64,000 nt of DNA from the human T2T-CHM13v2.0 reference genome, Homo sapiens, in assembly GCF_009914755.1 (NCBI RefSeq), contig NC_060935.1; one strand, 5' to 3'. Below, piece by piece: positions 1-13,916 of the stretch. The notes beneath the pieces were generated by a model. That model was not told the origin of the DNA. It was given only the letters and a program-made list of their open reading frames with translations, and did not search any database. How positions within the stretch are numbered: the first letter of the stretch is position 1; each line of letters begins with the position of its first letter. Position numbers and translations under genes: made by a program.

Positions 1-149
1 GTTATTAAATAATAAATTAATCACAATTTGTGGGGAAAGGCAAAGACACAGACCCTCTATGACAACATTGAATGGAATATTCTTCCCAAAGTAATTATGT
101 TTGAAGCCACTCTGGTACTTCTCTTCTGTTTCTTACTCCTGAATTTTCA

Positions 150-600
150 GTTGTACCTTCCTGATGTTTCTGTTTGGATTCTACTGTCACCTTAAACTCA
201 TCATATCCTAAAATGTATTTTTATTTTCTTCACCACTGTATTCTATTTCTGATTTTCCTATTTCAGTTCTATTCTCAATGTCCTTACGACCTCACTTCAA
301 TTTCCTGAACGACAACAATAGATTTTCATCTGGGGCCTCTCCCATCACTTCATTCCATTTGCATTCATTTTGCCCACCAAATCCAAACTAATCTTGCTAA
401 AACATCACTTATTTAAAAAAAAAGTGGAAAACCTTCAATGGCATTCATTTTTCCATAAGATAAAACCCATGCCATTTAGCTTGGTACTTGGGGCCCTTCC
501 AATCAACCCAGATTATCATTCTGGTCTTCTCTCTAATTTCTTGGTCTAGGTTTTCATTCTAGAAAATACTAATTACTCTCTAGCCTTCAAACATAGCTTA
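150..600 (+). mobile_element. L2 LINE fragment (old, 3' region)
   Basis: caccttaaactcatcatatcctaaaatg resembles L2 ctcaaactcaacatgtccaaaactg; pyrimidine-rich L2-like continuation. Confidence 0.5.
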
Positions 601-1624
601 TGGAGTTGACAGAAATGTTCCAAGATGCTTTTTACACTGGAAAAGAAGTAGATTGTGCAGGTTGAGTGTAGGAAGAAGAGATTTAAATTGTGGACATACG
701 GAAGTTGATATGCCTTTTAGATAAGTTAAAATTTTCTTTTCAACTAACTTACCTGAGGAAGACAAGAGGCTCTTGTTATAATGGGTTTGAGAAAGGGGAA
801 GAGGTATAGAAAAAGAAGACTGGAGAATCACTGGACAGTTCCTCAAGTTACAAGCTTCTGATTGCATTCCAAAATGCACTGACTATAGAAAGATGATGTT
901 TCAGATTTATAGTTATTTGGGAATTTGCTCTGGGCTATTTTCCCAGGAAGGAAGGAGGCTTTAATGTCTACCTTCAAAGGGCATATTTCCTGAAGGGTGA
1001 TGGAGATAAATGGAATTGCCTATGACCTCAAATTGAATTATTTCTGAGGCCTTGCACTTGTGAAACTCTTTATGGTTTCGAAACAGTTTTTTTTTTTCCT
1101 GATCATTAGCTCATGGCATTATCTCAAGACCATGAGTGGCATATGATAGACAATATTATTGCCATTTTGGAGAACACGTATACACAGAATTTAGCCAACT
1201 TTTTCAGTAACACAAAGCTACATTTTGATATTACCTTCCAATGCTGATTTCAGTGTTATTTATATTGCTTTACATTGCAAAATGCAAAAATCACTCCTTG
1301 CCTGAACTGTTCAGTCTTGACCTGTGAAGTAGATGTTTCCTGGTTTATCTTTAAGAATTAGCTTTTCACTTGCAGAGGTGAGTTTCCCCTGGGAAATCCA
1401 TGGCAAATTTTTCATTATGTACACTATTCAAATATTATTTACGTTGGTTTTCGGTTGAGGGAAAAAATAATATCCTGCTAATTCTTACCTTTACAATTCA
1501 AAGAAGTTTGACATATGCAGTAATCCAACCTCCATTTCTAAATGTTTATTTTTTATTATAAAAGTAATGAATGTTCATTATAGTAATATTGGAGAATGCA
1601 GAAATATGAAAAATGAATTTATTT

Positions 1625-1820
1625 TTATTTTTATTGAACTATAATTTGCATACAGTGAAATGCACTGATCTTAAGTGTAAAGTTTGATAAGTTTCTAAAA
1701 GTGTTCACAACTGTGTTACCCATACACTAGTCAAGATATAGAACATTGCCATCACCCTGACATCACTTTTCTGTCTCCATCTGCCTTTCTCACTCTAGGC
1801 AACCTCTGTTCTTATTTTTA
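1625..1820 (-). mobile_element. L1M (L1MB/MC-like) 3' end fragment
   Basis: ttttattgaactataatttgcatacagtgaaatgcactgatcttaagtgta...caagatatagaacatt is typical antisense old L1 3' UTR. Confidence 0.6.
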
Positions 1821-1877
1821 TTAGGAAAGTGGGATTAAAAGAAGTACTGAAGTCCCACCATGTAACAATCAATCACT

Positions 1878-2600
1878 GCTTAACCTAGCAGCATCTTTTG
1901 ACATCACTGATCATTCCCTTTGTGATTCCATACCTTGGCTTGGCTTCTGAGGCATAGCCGCCTCTCGTTATTCTGCTCACCCTCCTGGCTGCTACTTCTG
2001 TGGGTCCTTTGCTGAGTTCTCCCTATCTTTCCACCTCTAATTGAACAGGGTCAGCAGTTGGCCCTCTTCTGTTCCCTATCTGTATGCTCTTCATAGTGAT
2101 ATCATCAAGTCAGATGGCTTTCAGTGCCATCTCCAAGTAGACAGTTCCCAAGTTTATACCCATAACTCTCATCTGTCCCTTGAACTTGAGTACTATATCC
2201 AATAGCTTCCTCACATTCTCACATGAATGTCTAACCAACCAGACCTCCAAGGCAACACACTCCAAATCTAAGTTGTGATGTTTACACCCGAAACCTGCTC
2301 CTCCTTAGGGTCCTCATCTCAGAAAATGACATCTCCAGTTGCTTAGGCCAAAAGATATGAGGGCATCTTTGACTCCACTCTTTCTTTCATAACATGTGAC
2401 AAACCCATTAGGGAATCCTGTCCGCTCCACTTGAGAGTATGTAGAGAATCTGACAGATTCTTAGTGATGCCCATGCTAACGTTTGAATCCAATCCACCTT
2501 CATCATTGTTCCCCTGGACTAATGTAGTAGTTTTATAAGTGATTGATCTGCCACCCTGTAATTTATTCTCCATGCAGCAGGTAGACACAATCTTTTAAAA
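1878..2600 (+). mobile_element. L2 LINE ORF2-region fragment
   Basis: gcagcatcttttgacatcactgatcattcc, cctggctgctacttctg, tcctcatctcagaaaatgacatc and ggcatctttgactcc match L2 consensus blocks. Confidence 0.75.
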
Positions 2601-2639
2601 TATTAAAGTTTTCTCCAAAGCTGCAATCATTCTTTATAT

Positions 2640-2990
2640 TTAATATTACATTTTGCTTTTTTCACTCAATTCCATGTGATTTCAATTTTTCATGTAATTA
2701 CAAACTATAAACATAATTTTCAATGGCTCAATTATCATTACATGGGGAGATACACCATGATTTGTTTATGCAACTCATTATCATTGGACATTTTGACTAT
2801 AATTTTAACTATTGTTAATAACACTGTAAAGAATATCTTGGTTCACAAAGTTGCTCAACCCTTATAGTTATAATATTGGATCCATAGCCAGGAATTGCTT
2901 GGTTAAAGGGTATAGACATTTGGAGGCTGTATAGCTACATACTGTCAAGTTGCTTTTCAAAGCAACAGTGTATACTCCCACTAGTAGTAC
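2640..2990 (-). mobile_element. L1ME-like fragment
   Basis: ggaattgcttggttaaagggtatagacatt...tatactcccactag, antisense L1 ORF2/3' UTR motif. Confidence 0.55.
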
Positions 2991-3224
2991 TAACAACAAA
3001 ATCATTTATATTTTTTCCTAAATAGATTGAATTTTATTTACAACTTTAAGAAAGTATAAATAAAAGATTAATCCAACATGGCTTATAGTTATTGGAATTT
3101 AACAAACTATATTACATAAATTAGTTTAGAGTCCATTTGCTATTATTAATTATAAGTTAGTGCAGACAGTACTACTCAACTGTAAGCCCACAGAATTGGG
3201 ATGCCATGTAGTAAATTTGCTGAG

Positions 3225-3428
3225 GTTTGGAAACATAAAGTTTGATTAATGGCCTAATCACTTAGTAGCCATGAATTTGAGCAAATCACTTACCATTTTT
3301 GAGCCTCCATGTTTTCATCTATGAAATAGGGATAATAAAAGCTGCCTTGCAGAAATGTTGCAAAGATTAAGTGAGATAATGTTCTTAAATCACTTAGCAT
3401 GAGGATGGCTCTCATAAATAATAGTTTC
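3225..3428 (+). mobile_element. MIR SINE
   Basis: core ttgagcaaatcacttacc...gagcctc...tcatctatgaaatagggataataa...gattaagtgagataat. Confidence 0.75.
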
Positions 3429-3884
3429 TATCCTCCCTTCCAAAGTCATCTCCTGTCCTAGGTTTACATTCTCACCGTAGCCTACACGGAAATAAACTGT
3501 AAGCAAGGCATTTCTCCTGTGGCTTTCTGAACTCCTGTGAATGAATATAAGAGTTTCTTATTTTGCTTTGTTCAGTGTAAGATAGACAGTGTCATTTCAG
3601 GATGTGAACAGCATCAGGTGGGGCTTGCTGTATGAGGACTGGGACCGAGGAGCTGGCTACAGTCCTGGTCCTGAGAGGATGGGGTTAGAGAGGGGAAGGG
3701 GCAAACATGAGAGACAAGCTGAGGGGCAGAACTGTGACAGCTCCAGAGATGAGGATGAAGTGGAAAGCAGGAGTCCGAGGCTGGCTAAGATGAACACTTT
3801 TCCTAGTGGTGAGGAACAGATGAGAAGGCAGGAATCCTGGAGCAACACACCTAAGTCAGTGTTTCAACATTAACGTCCACTTTT

Positions 3885-4660
<776 letters not shown>

Positions 4661-4894
4661 ATTTTGTAGAGCTCATGTTTTAAATCTGCTTTTGAATAAC
4701 ATGTCTCTTGCAAGAGATTGCAATTAGACTCTCTGTCCAGATTGAGCTGGGCTCAAGAATTCTCGATATAGCAGGATGTGTGGAGCATCTGTAACCACTG
4801 GACATAAAGCAGCTAGTGAATGCAGGGGGTGAAGGCCGTAGGGTGGGGTGGAGACCCTTGTACCTGAGCCGGGGTGTAAGCTCCCATCAATGGA

Positions 4895-5215
4895 CTGACA
4901 GGGACCTTGAAGGGTCACCAAGGCCATCTGCTTGGACTTCAGCAGAAATGCACATTTCTACTCTTCTAGATGTGCCAGTCTATTTTTAAAGCCCTCCAGG
5001 GAAAGTAATTCTGTGTGTAGCTTCCACACTGGTGCTCTCGCCTTTGCTGTGTGAAGTTTTCTCTGTTGATCACTAACTTCCTCAAGGAGCAGATCTTACA
5101 AGTTTTTCTCATCCTGGTTTCCGGAAGGGCTGTCTGTGAGGCGTGAGCCCTTCATTCTGTACAGAGAGTTATATTTTATCACTTGCCCTCAGGTTTCTTT
5201 TCTTTAGGTTAGGCT
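4895..5215 (-). mobile_element. L3/CR1-like ancient LINE fragment
   Basis: gggaccttgaagggtcacc...ttttaaagccctccagggaaag resembles an antisense CR1 3' end. Confidence 0.4.
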
Positions 5216-7019
5216 AAAGAAAAAAAACCTTACACATACAGGGTAAAGTATTGTTACCTGTTTGCTAACAACAATATATTATCATATCAATAACTACACA
5301 TCATCATAGCAATAACTCATTTCATTTTAGCATTGGATTTATGTTCCATAGACCTGACTATCAAGGGGACATGTTATAACATTTTTCTAGTCATCTTTTT
5401 CTTTTTTGTTATAAAATAATGAATGTTTATTGTAAAGTACAAATTCAAAAATTATAGATGAGTTAAAGAAAAGAAGAAAATTTCTTCTCCTTTCTCTTTC
5501 CATACCCCTAATCACATTCCCCAAACTGAACCACTATTTATAGTTTTTACGTCTGCAATTCCAGATATTTTTCTATAGAAATACAAGAATACATACACAC
5601 ATATATATACACACACACTATAAAAATTAAAATGGGATCAAATATCTGTATTTAAATTTGATGTTGTTTTCTGAGTTTAAAAATAATATATATTCTTTGT
5701 GGAAAATATAAAAAGAGCACAAAAGAGATTATTTAAAAAAACACCCATAATTCCACCACTCACCTCTTTAATGTTAGGATATTTTCTTAGACTTCTTTTT
5801 AATATGTGTGTATTACTATATAGTCTCTTTAATGTTGTTCTCTTCCTTGATTAACTTTGAGCATCTTAGGCTGTTTAATGTTTTTCTTCTTAATTTGGGC
5901 CCAACTGAATGTAATTCTCTCATGAGATTAGGTTATGAAAGGCAGTAGAGAAACAACAGACTGGCAGAGTCAAGAGACCAGGCATGCAGAAATATTTCCA
6001 GGAAGCAATAGATGTCCTAAAAGGGAACACAGCATCTATTACCCATAAACCACTCAATGAACAGGGCTTCTGATAGCATTAAGACAGTGTCTTCTATGTC
6101 TGAGGCCAGATTCCTCATTTGTTACTAATTCATCACTGTGGGGAGTCCTGGTGATAAAGTATTGAATAACGAAAACATGAACCTTGATCTCCTTTTTTTT
6201 TCCCACAGTTTAGTGGGTTTTTCTTTTTTTTGTGCCACAGAAACCAATGGCTGAATCTCATTATTTTGTGATCTACCTTGATTTTGAGATTTTAGTTCTT
6301 CTCTTGTTTTACATTGTGAGTCTTCAGATGCAAAACTTACCATGAATAATTTTTCAAATCAGTTCTTCTTGATGCATTCAAAACTTTAGAGAATGGCAGT
6401 TATGTACTGTCTTGCTGAAAAATTGTTCAGATTCAGAATATCTCAGGGGGAGGGAGACTATAAATGCCTTGCTTTAGGGGTTAGGATGGCCATATCAGTT
6501 TCTCTTATTTATGCATGCCCACCCTTTCATGTGGACTGAGGCACAGTGCCCAGTATTCTGAGACGATTCAGAGAAAAAGAGGGCAAATAGTAATGTTCCT
6601 CACATAACTCATATCCTTTAAGTATAGTGAATCTTGGAATTTGTGTCACAGATCACAACTTGGATCATAGTCCCCCCTCCACTCTGTCCCCATGCCCCTT
6701 TCTGCTCATCAGGCTTGGGATCTGAGTGCCCAAATGATAACAGGATTGCAGCAGCCTCATAACTACTCTCTTTTCTCATCCTTCTCACTTTCATCACAGA
6801 GTAGGGTTTCTGCATGGGTCCTCTCTTCTTATCTCTGGCTGGTCACTCCATTTAACATGGTAGAGCCCCTCTTATACTCTACCTGTTGGGCATAGACCCT
6901 GAGATTTTCCCAGTATTTGTTGGTATCTTTGTTCTGTTCTCTTATGCCTTGGGCAGGGTTCCTGCTGCATGAATAGATCTCTGGTGACTACATCCACCTT
7001 CAGTTAGCTTCCTGAATTC

Positions 7020-7142
7020 TTTTCAGCCAACAAATATTTATTGAGTTCTCATTATGTGCCAAGTGTTATTCTCGGTTTCTAGGATATGCGAGTGGACAAA
7101 AGGATCAAGATCTTGCTTCTCATGGGTCTTGCATTCTAGTGG
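7020..7142 (-). mobile_element. L2 3' end
   Basis: caacaaatatttattgagttctcattatgtgccaag...ctcatgggtcttgcattctagt. Confidence 0.7.
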
Positions 7143-8231
7143 ATGCTTCAGGAATGAGAGATTGCTATGTTTGGGCTGGGACCATCATGCCCCATCAGAC
7201 ACCAAGCAGTTCTCCCAGCTGCTTGCTCTGGGGTTAACATTGGTAGTTTCCACCAATCTCATCTTGCTTTTATTTTTCTCTGATTTTGTTTTCTACATTT
7301 TTTCACATGCTTTCTCTCTAAATCTACCTAAGTTATGGCAGATCTTGCATTTATAGAATATTTTCTTCCTCAGTATGCTCATCCCTTCTTCTGAAAGTTC
7401 CTGTGGGCCAAAATGATCCAAGTGCATATTTGCATTTGACAAAACCAGCCAGTTCCCCCACCCCACCACCACCATTTTTTGGATCAGTTAATAGATGGCA
7501 AAAGCTCCAGGTCATTGAAAATAAATGTATAATATTTATTATGCTTGTTACAGGAAGAGGTTAAGATCATGACACAGTGAGAAAATAGTTTTTGTGCCTG
7601 TGGAAATAATTTGCATTTGGGAGGGTTGGGGTGGCCAAAACCTTCTGAAGTAAAATGCCTTAAAATATGGAGCCTCCAGAAACTAGTGTTGAGAATAAAC
7701 TTCAGTTCTCTTTGGGGGTTGTCTGAGATGCCCTGTGCTTGTTTGTGCTATTTGTATTTTCTTTCTTCTATGTGGTTTCTGGGATCATTGCGCTATTTTA
7801 GCTCTTACTTAGCCATACTCCCTGTTGAGATGCTAAAATATCCTGAAAGTGGCAGTGCTAAAGTTTTGCATGCCCAGGAGGTGGATAGTGCAGGGTTGAT
7901 TTGTAATGACACTTTACTGTAGAGTAAATTTTTAGCTATAATGATATTTTGGGCTGTTTGATCCCACCAGATTTGGAGAAGTTTGAATTACCTTAAATAA
8001 CTAGAACACAGACACTCCTATGTTACTCCTGAGACATGCTCACTGAAGCATGGAAATTAATTCAGATATGCATTCAAGCTTCATTTAATTTTAATCTAAG
8101 GGTTTACAGAATTATTTACTGATATTTGGGAAATGAAAGGTATTCCATGAGGAAAGTCTGATTGAGAGTGGCAACAAGAGCAAATCCATAGGTTAATGTT
8201 TATGAACCTTCTGCCTTGGTTAAGGAAACCA

Positions 8232-8735
8232 TAGCAATTAACGATGGCTGCATATTCTTTGATCGTCTTCTCATATAGAAATGGTATCTATTTCTCCACT
8301 TTCAAGTCACAGGCTAGCTAGCCTGTGACTACTTTGACCTATAGAATACAGTGGAAATGACGCTTCAGTTCTAGACATAGCTCTTAAGTGACCTGAAGGT
8401 TTTGCTTCTTCATCTGGGAGCCATGAGCTGCTGTGTAAGAAGTCTGACTACCTTTCTAGAGGGGCAATGCGGAAAGACACTAACACAGGATGAAAAGGGA
8501 GAAGAGCCCAGCCGAGATCAGCCTTCCAGCTGTTCCTGCCAAGGCACAGGGAAGTGAATGAAAAAGTCAGTTTGAAAATGATCTTCCAGTCCCATTTACC
8601 CCAGCTGATGTCACATGGTCTAGTGATATACCACCCAGTTAAGACTTTCCGAAATTCTTGACCCATAAAATTGAGAGCAAAATAAAATGGTTGTTTTAAA
8701 TTGCTGTATTTTGGGCAGTAATCAATAAAAGAAAT
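8232..8735 (+). mobile_element. MLT1 (G/H-like) MaLR solo LTR
   Basis: cctgtgactactttgacctatagaatacagtggaaatgac; aattcttgacccataaaattgagagcaaaataaaatggttgtttta. Confidence 0.75.
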
Positions 8736-9309
8736 GGAAATTTTTGTTTGAATTCAAGGTTCAATATTTTAGAAATAAGATTTTATTTATTTATTCATCT
8801 GTCAACCTACTCATCCACCAAACAACTTACCAAGAGTTCATTATATTTCCAATGACACTGGACTAAGCCGACGGAGGTCTTAGCTTTACCCTGATTTAGC
8901 ATCAAATTATGAAGTCTTATTCAAGAAATGAAACTCCCTTTTAACATTTTTGTTTCCATTTATTTCAAACACATTAAGGACCTACCATGTTCCAGGCAAT
9001 GTATAAAGTGTTGAAGAAACAATGGTGACTAAAACAACGTCCTCATGAGGCTTATTTACAATGAGGAAATACAAAATAAATTTTCTTTTTCTAATCTGTA
9101 AAATATGATAATACTAATCTCACAGGACTTTTGTGAAGACTAAATGATATGATGAATGTAAAAGCCTTTTGTATGTATCCTTTATAAAGGTAAAAGCTTA
9201 TTGAATGTTGATGGTAGTAGCGGTAGCAGAAGAGCTGAGTTAAAGCATGTATTTAACACTCAAAGTGAAAATACAGTATGTGTAAGTCAAAAGTAACCAC
9301 CTATAGCAA

Positions 9310-9492
9310 GAGTTATTAATCTGGATTTAGTTTTGGGCTCCTTATTGGACTTTAGTGGATTCAGTAAACTTTTGAAATGATAAGCCATAAGTTGTGTGGA
9401 TATGTATATGCACAATATTTTTTATTAGAAACTCAATGTTTTCATTAGATTTTCAAAGGCAATCGTAATCCTGAAAGGTAAAGAACCATTGC
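9310..9492. mobile_element. hAT-Charlie MITE (MER103C-like)
   Basis: ttttcattagattttcaaaggcaatcgtaatcctgaaaggtaaagaaccattg terminal motif. Confidence 0.4.
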
Positions 9493-9519
9493 TCTATAGA
9501 ATAAAGGTAACTGTAATGT

Positions 9520-9735
9520 ATTAAACATGTTCTAGGAGCCAACTACCTATTCAGTATTTTCATTATACTAATTTAATCTATATAATCCTTGTGAGGGGAG
9601 GACTCTCATCACCATTGTACAGATTAAAAACCATGGCTCAAACAGGTTAAGCGACTTATCCAAGCTTAGTAAATGATGGGCTTGGGATTCCAGGTCAGCT
9701 ATGTTTGACTCCAAAGGTCTTTCTGCTGCACCATA
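9520..9735 (-). mobile_element. MIR SINE
   Basis: ccattgtacagattaaaaaccatggctcaaacaggttaagcgacttatccaag...tttgactccaaag. Confidence 0.7.
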
Positions 9736-9960
9736 TGTATCAGTCAGGATTCTTAGTTGAAAGCTACAATACTCAATTATGCTCATTTAAGCAAAAAGGA
9801 AACTGCACTGGGATGATACCACAGCTCAAAAAACTTACGGGAAGAGCGGAGAACCAAAATCACGTCCCAGACTACTACAGTGTCTGAGGAATGGGTACTT
9901 CAGCTTACACTGCCAACATCAATTGGAGATTAACAGGAGAGAAAAGGAAAGGAAAATTAA
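9736..9960 (-). mobile_element. Old MLT1-type LTR (N2/O/K-like), probable 3' LTR of the provirus relic
   Basis: tgtatcagtcaggattcttagttg...ttaagcaaaaagga...ggagaacc is an antisense MLT1 3' terminus. Confidence 0.6.
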
Positions 9961-9978
9961 TTTGAAAAAGAAAATACA

Positions 9979-10275
9979 GGCAGGGCTCGGTGGTTCATGC
10001 CTATAATCCTAGCACTTTGGGAGGCTGAGGCAGGCGGATCACGAGGTCAGGAGATGGAGACCATCCTGGCTAACACGGTGAAACCCCGTCTCTACTAAAA
10101 ATACAAAAAATTAGCCAGGCGTGGTGGCGGGCACCTGTAGTATCAGCTACTCAGGAGGCTGAGGCAGGAGAATGGCGTGAACCCAGGAGGCGGAGCTTGC
10201 AGTGAGCCAAGATCACGCCACTGCACTCCACCCTGGGCAACAGAGTGAGACTCCGTCTCAAAAAAAAAAGAAAAA
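9979..10275 (+). mobile_element. AluY
   Basis: accatcctggctaacacgg, atggcgtgaaccc and ggagcttgcag diagnostics; A tail; TSD gaaaaagaaaataca (9964-9978)/gaaaaaggaaatgca (10276-10290). Confidence 0.97.
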
Positions 10276-10599
10276 GAAAAAGGAAATGCAGTGTGTATAT
10301 TAGTGAATGGATTTGGCATGGTAAATAAGGAAATACAGCTAGCTTATAGTTCTTATTTCTGCTTTATGCCATGCACCTTCGTTGGTGTTTCTGATGGCTT
10401 CCCTTCACTGCTCACCCTATTATGCAGCGTCTGCTGGTGACGTTAGCCAAGATCCCTTCATTCTGGAAAGACTGAACCTCCTGATGGTTATGGGTTATGG
10501 CAGCCTTCCAGAAAAGTTATTGCCTTACATTGCAGTGATAGAAGGTAGCCCAGGAGAGCTCTTGGTTTTGGTTTATTTGTTTGTTCTTCCAAACTCCCA

Positions 10600-10800
10600 T
10601 CTGCCCCCATAATGTAGACTGAATAGTCAGATCAGTGGCTTCAGCCAGCCCTCTAAGCCTATGAGCCTGTTAGTGGTTAGTTGGTATAATGAAGAGCCTG
10701 GAATAACCACTTAGCTGTCTTAGCTTCTGGCTGAGTGGAAGTGTTTTGGGGGACCCTGGTAGACATATTCCACCTTTGAATATAGAAAACTTTAAGCAAG
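10600..10800 (-). pseudogene. ERV-L dUTPase remnant
   Basis: KGGICLPGSPKTLPLSQKLRQLSGYSRLFI (ORF 10670..10888) vs ERV-L EGGMLPPGDTTMIPLNWKLRLPPGHFGLLL; lies downstream of IN as in ERV-L. Confidence 0.7.
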
Positions 10801-10929
10801 TAGTGTCCAAAGTCAAGAGGAGAGAAAGCAAACATTTTGTGGAGAGAGCCGTTTGGAATAATAGGGAGGGGTGCCTTTCTACTTTCACACCTTGGTTTCA
10901 GCACCTGTCTTCAGCCTGAAAGAAACATT

Positions 10930-11445
10930 ATATTCTGGTTACTTGTCCAATATCATTTACTGCATTCTTCAGGATAGCACCCCAACCTCACAATGTGTTT
11001 TTCTTCCAGCTGATGTTATAAATGGTCTGCAGTTTCCCATTCCTTCATTCTGTAAAATCAATTGCTTTTCGGTGATATTTAATGACAGCAATACAATTCA
11101 AGGGCAGCTGTATCTTAATTTATATACCTAAAGTGGTTTACTTGGTGAGAAACAATGCTGTATGTGATACATAACAGGGTATAAACATTAAGTAAGATCA
11201 CATGGTGGTGATGTTTGCAGACATAAGGTAGACAGGAAAAGCAAATCTAGAAGACATGTCTACTTTAGAAAGAAAAAAAATCACATCATCTTTATGTAAC
11301 CCAGGCACTCACTGGGATCTAGGGTTATGATGCCACGTCAGAGATTCAATTTTGTCCCTGCTACAGGATCCAGGCCAGACAGTGAGGGATAGTTCATATT
11401 GTTGAGCCTATGCATAGCCTCCATCACTGCCCCCGTTGAGTGCTT
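10930..11445 (-). pseudogene. ERV-L integrase remnant
   Basis: GGSDGGYA*AQQYELSLT ~ GGRDGGYAWAQQHGLPLT; SIVSHQVNHF ~ SIASDQGTHF; FTE*RNGKLQ ~ LIERWNGLLK; TL*GWGAILKNAV ~ TLQGWGKVLQKAV. Confidence 0.8.
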
Positions 11446-11935
11446 TATTGTTGAGCACTTTGAGTAGCCACTGGAGCGTTTGGGAAAGCAGAACAATTGA
11501 TATCCACAAAGTTGTTTGTCTTATCCTTTTGCTTATCAAGAGCTGATTCTGTAGTGGAGCCTTTTGGTGAATGTTGATGTGAAACACAAATGTTATACTT
11601 GTGGCCAATTCTGAAAAGTCCATTCATTAACCTCTTTACTAAATCACATTGTCATAGATTCTCTAATCTTGCTCCTTAGAAGCCATTTTCCATCTGGCCA
11701 ACCTACTGATCCCTGCCCATGATACAGTATGGATCCCTACATCATGCCACACCTCCTCAGAGTAAACAATGAGATGCTTTTTCTTTTTAATACCAGAATC
11801 TCCCTATTCTACTCTTTTACAGAGCCAAGGCAAAGCACTTATGGCTGCTGCCAGAATATTGTGTATGTAGCAACTTCTGTAAAGAAGGCCTAAGTTTTTT
11901 CCTACTCAGTCAGTAAACTCATTATAGAGAACAGC
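11446..11935 (-). pseudogene. ERV-L RNase H remnant
   Basis: E*EKT*AFFTEVATY ~ EEEKTRAWFTDGSARY; MDFSELATSITFVFHINIHQK ~ IDLSEWAKTVKIFVSHVNAHQR; ESALDKQKDKTNNFVD ~ EEDFNNQVDRMTRSVD. Confidence 0.8.
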
Positions 11936-11984
11936 ATCCTCCGGCTCTACCTGCCACCTTCCATAAAAGAAATCCAGCTGGATT

Positions 11985-12285
11985 ATAGTTACCAGGTTCT
12001 AAGAGCCAAATACATTTGCTCCAATAAAGAGACCACACTTCAGAGAGCAACAGCAAATGGAAACAATAGCTGATACATTTTCTTAACCTTCTATCAGTCT
12101 TTAAGTATCACTTCTCTTCTGCTCTGCCAGACACTTGAGTTAGATGATAATGTGTTAAAAAAATCTTTATTCCTGCATATTTGATGATAGCACTAATCTG
12201 TAACTTTCCTCCAAGGATGTGGTATTACTTTAGATTTACTTATTTTCAGTAGAGCATGTGTTTCTACTGGGCCTTTCTACCATGT
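11985..12285 (-). pseudogene. ERV-L reverse transcriptase N-terminal remnant (catalytic core missing)
   Basis: VNLK*YHILGGKLQISAIIK ~ VNQKQYRIPGGIAEISATIK; PFAVAL*SVVSLLEQMYLALRTW ~ PIAAAVPDVVSLLEQINTSPGTW. Confidence 0.8.
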
Positions 12286-12400
12286 ATTTCTGTGAGGATT
12301 CTGATAGTTGACATCACTTCTAACTACGTAATCAAGAACTAGGAAAATAACCACAAGATGGCTTTTGGATCTCTCTCTATGCTTATTCATGGGAATGGTT

Positions 12401-12517
12401 TTTGGTCAAAATTCCATTAATATCCTCACCATCATTAGCTTTCACTATGTGCGAGTACTACAGTTGACTCTGGGATTCAAGGATTAGTGTTAACACAGAT
12501 CCAATGTTAGACCACTC
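12401..12517 (-). pseudogene. ERV-L aspartic protease remnant
   Basis: SNIGSVLTLIL...VKANDGEDINGILTK ~ LDTGSELTLIP...VGAYGGQVINGVLAQ. Confidence 0.7.
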
Positions 12518-13891
12518 CTGAAAAATCTGTTTGGTTGGTTGGTTGGTTGTTTTCCTTTCCCCATTGCAACTTTAATTGGCACAGATCCCATGGGAAGATA
12601 CAGGAAAAAGAGTCACACTTCAGTACATAATTTTAATCATACTGTATTATTGAGAATACCTAGACTTTTCTTCGTTCAGTGATTCTGGAGGAGTAAACTG
12701 AGAATTTGATGAGGGGATCTTACTCTATTGTGATGTCCCAAGTAAATCCTCTGATTGATGGACTTGGAATTGTTTCGTTATATCACTCAAGTAGAATTTG
12801 TTTAGTTCTATTTCAGAGCCAGGGACCCCTGATCAGTTAGCCAATACCAAAGATTTATCTAAGTGTAAGTCATTCCAATTAATCCTCCAGCTTTACTGGT
12901 ATTATGGTGACCACATAAAAACTGACTAACTTTTAATGGCCACTTGACATCTGCCACCCTCGGGATCTTGGAATTAAGGAGTCCATTTCCACTGAAGTAT
13001 CTCCCAACAACATCTCTGACTTATAGAAAACAATTGCAAAAGTAATTTTCAGCTGTACTGATATGCTTCTAATCAGTGTATTTCTTAATAGTCTTCTTAA
13101 TAGAAGTTCTTCTGAGGCCTCTTGGGAGACATATTTAGGGTTTTGTGTATGAGTCACATAGAAAACACCCTTTTCAATGTTTCAGGCCCCATGTCTTAGG
13201 ATTACTTTCTCTACATTATACCAGAAATTTAAGCCATCCTAAGTCATTTAGCATGGGCCACTAATGAGAGTCCAGGTTTCCGTCTACTCATCAAACCAAT
13301 ACTTAGAACCTCTCTTGGTTGTTGGAGTTAACATACTTAACTTATAGTCTTTGGTAAATGCGCTTATATCAACATATTCAGACTGAACAACAATTCAATT
13401 ATATTCTTTCCTTCTTCTTAAATGTATCTCATATTTTCACCAACATAAATTAGCCATATATGGAAATTATCTTGTTGAATAAGCTTTATTCTCTGGAATT
13501 TGATTTTGTAATTTCCTTCACTGGAGCACATTGGAATATGACTCTAAAGGTTTGGAAAGCACAAGGGATGGGGAGGGGCTTGGAGTGGAGGATGAGGAAG
13601 ATTGCCTGTCCCTTGCAAGGTAACTCTCAGGTGGTGTCATTAGAATGCCTTAAAACGAGGCAGAGACTGGCTTAAGAGACAGAAGAGGTGGTATTTGTTC
13701 AGGAAATAGTGGTTCAGTGGGAATCGGAGTTCCAAGATACTCAAGTCCCCTGAATCCTCCCATATGTATCCATTTGGATTTTCATCATGCATCACTTCCT
13801 GGTCAGTGTTCTAATTCATACAAGAGTACTGGCAAGGTAATGGACTCAACTGACTGTATATATAACTCAATAACACATGGGATCAGCTAGC

Positions 13892-13916
13892 TTTTTTTTT
13901 TTTTTTTTTTTTTTTT
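13892..13916 (+). repeat. poly(T)25 mononucleotide tract
   Basis: uninterrupted T run followed by cag. Confidence 0.95.

Noticed and set aside
4826-4875. G-quadruplex candidate
   Set aside because: Only three closely spaced G3+ tracts; the fourth needs a loop of more than 20 nt
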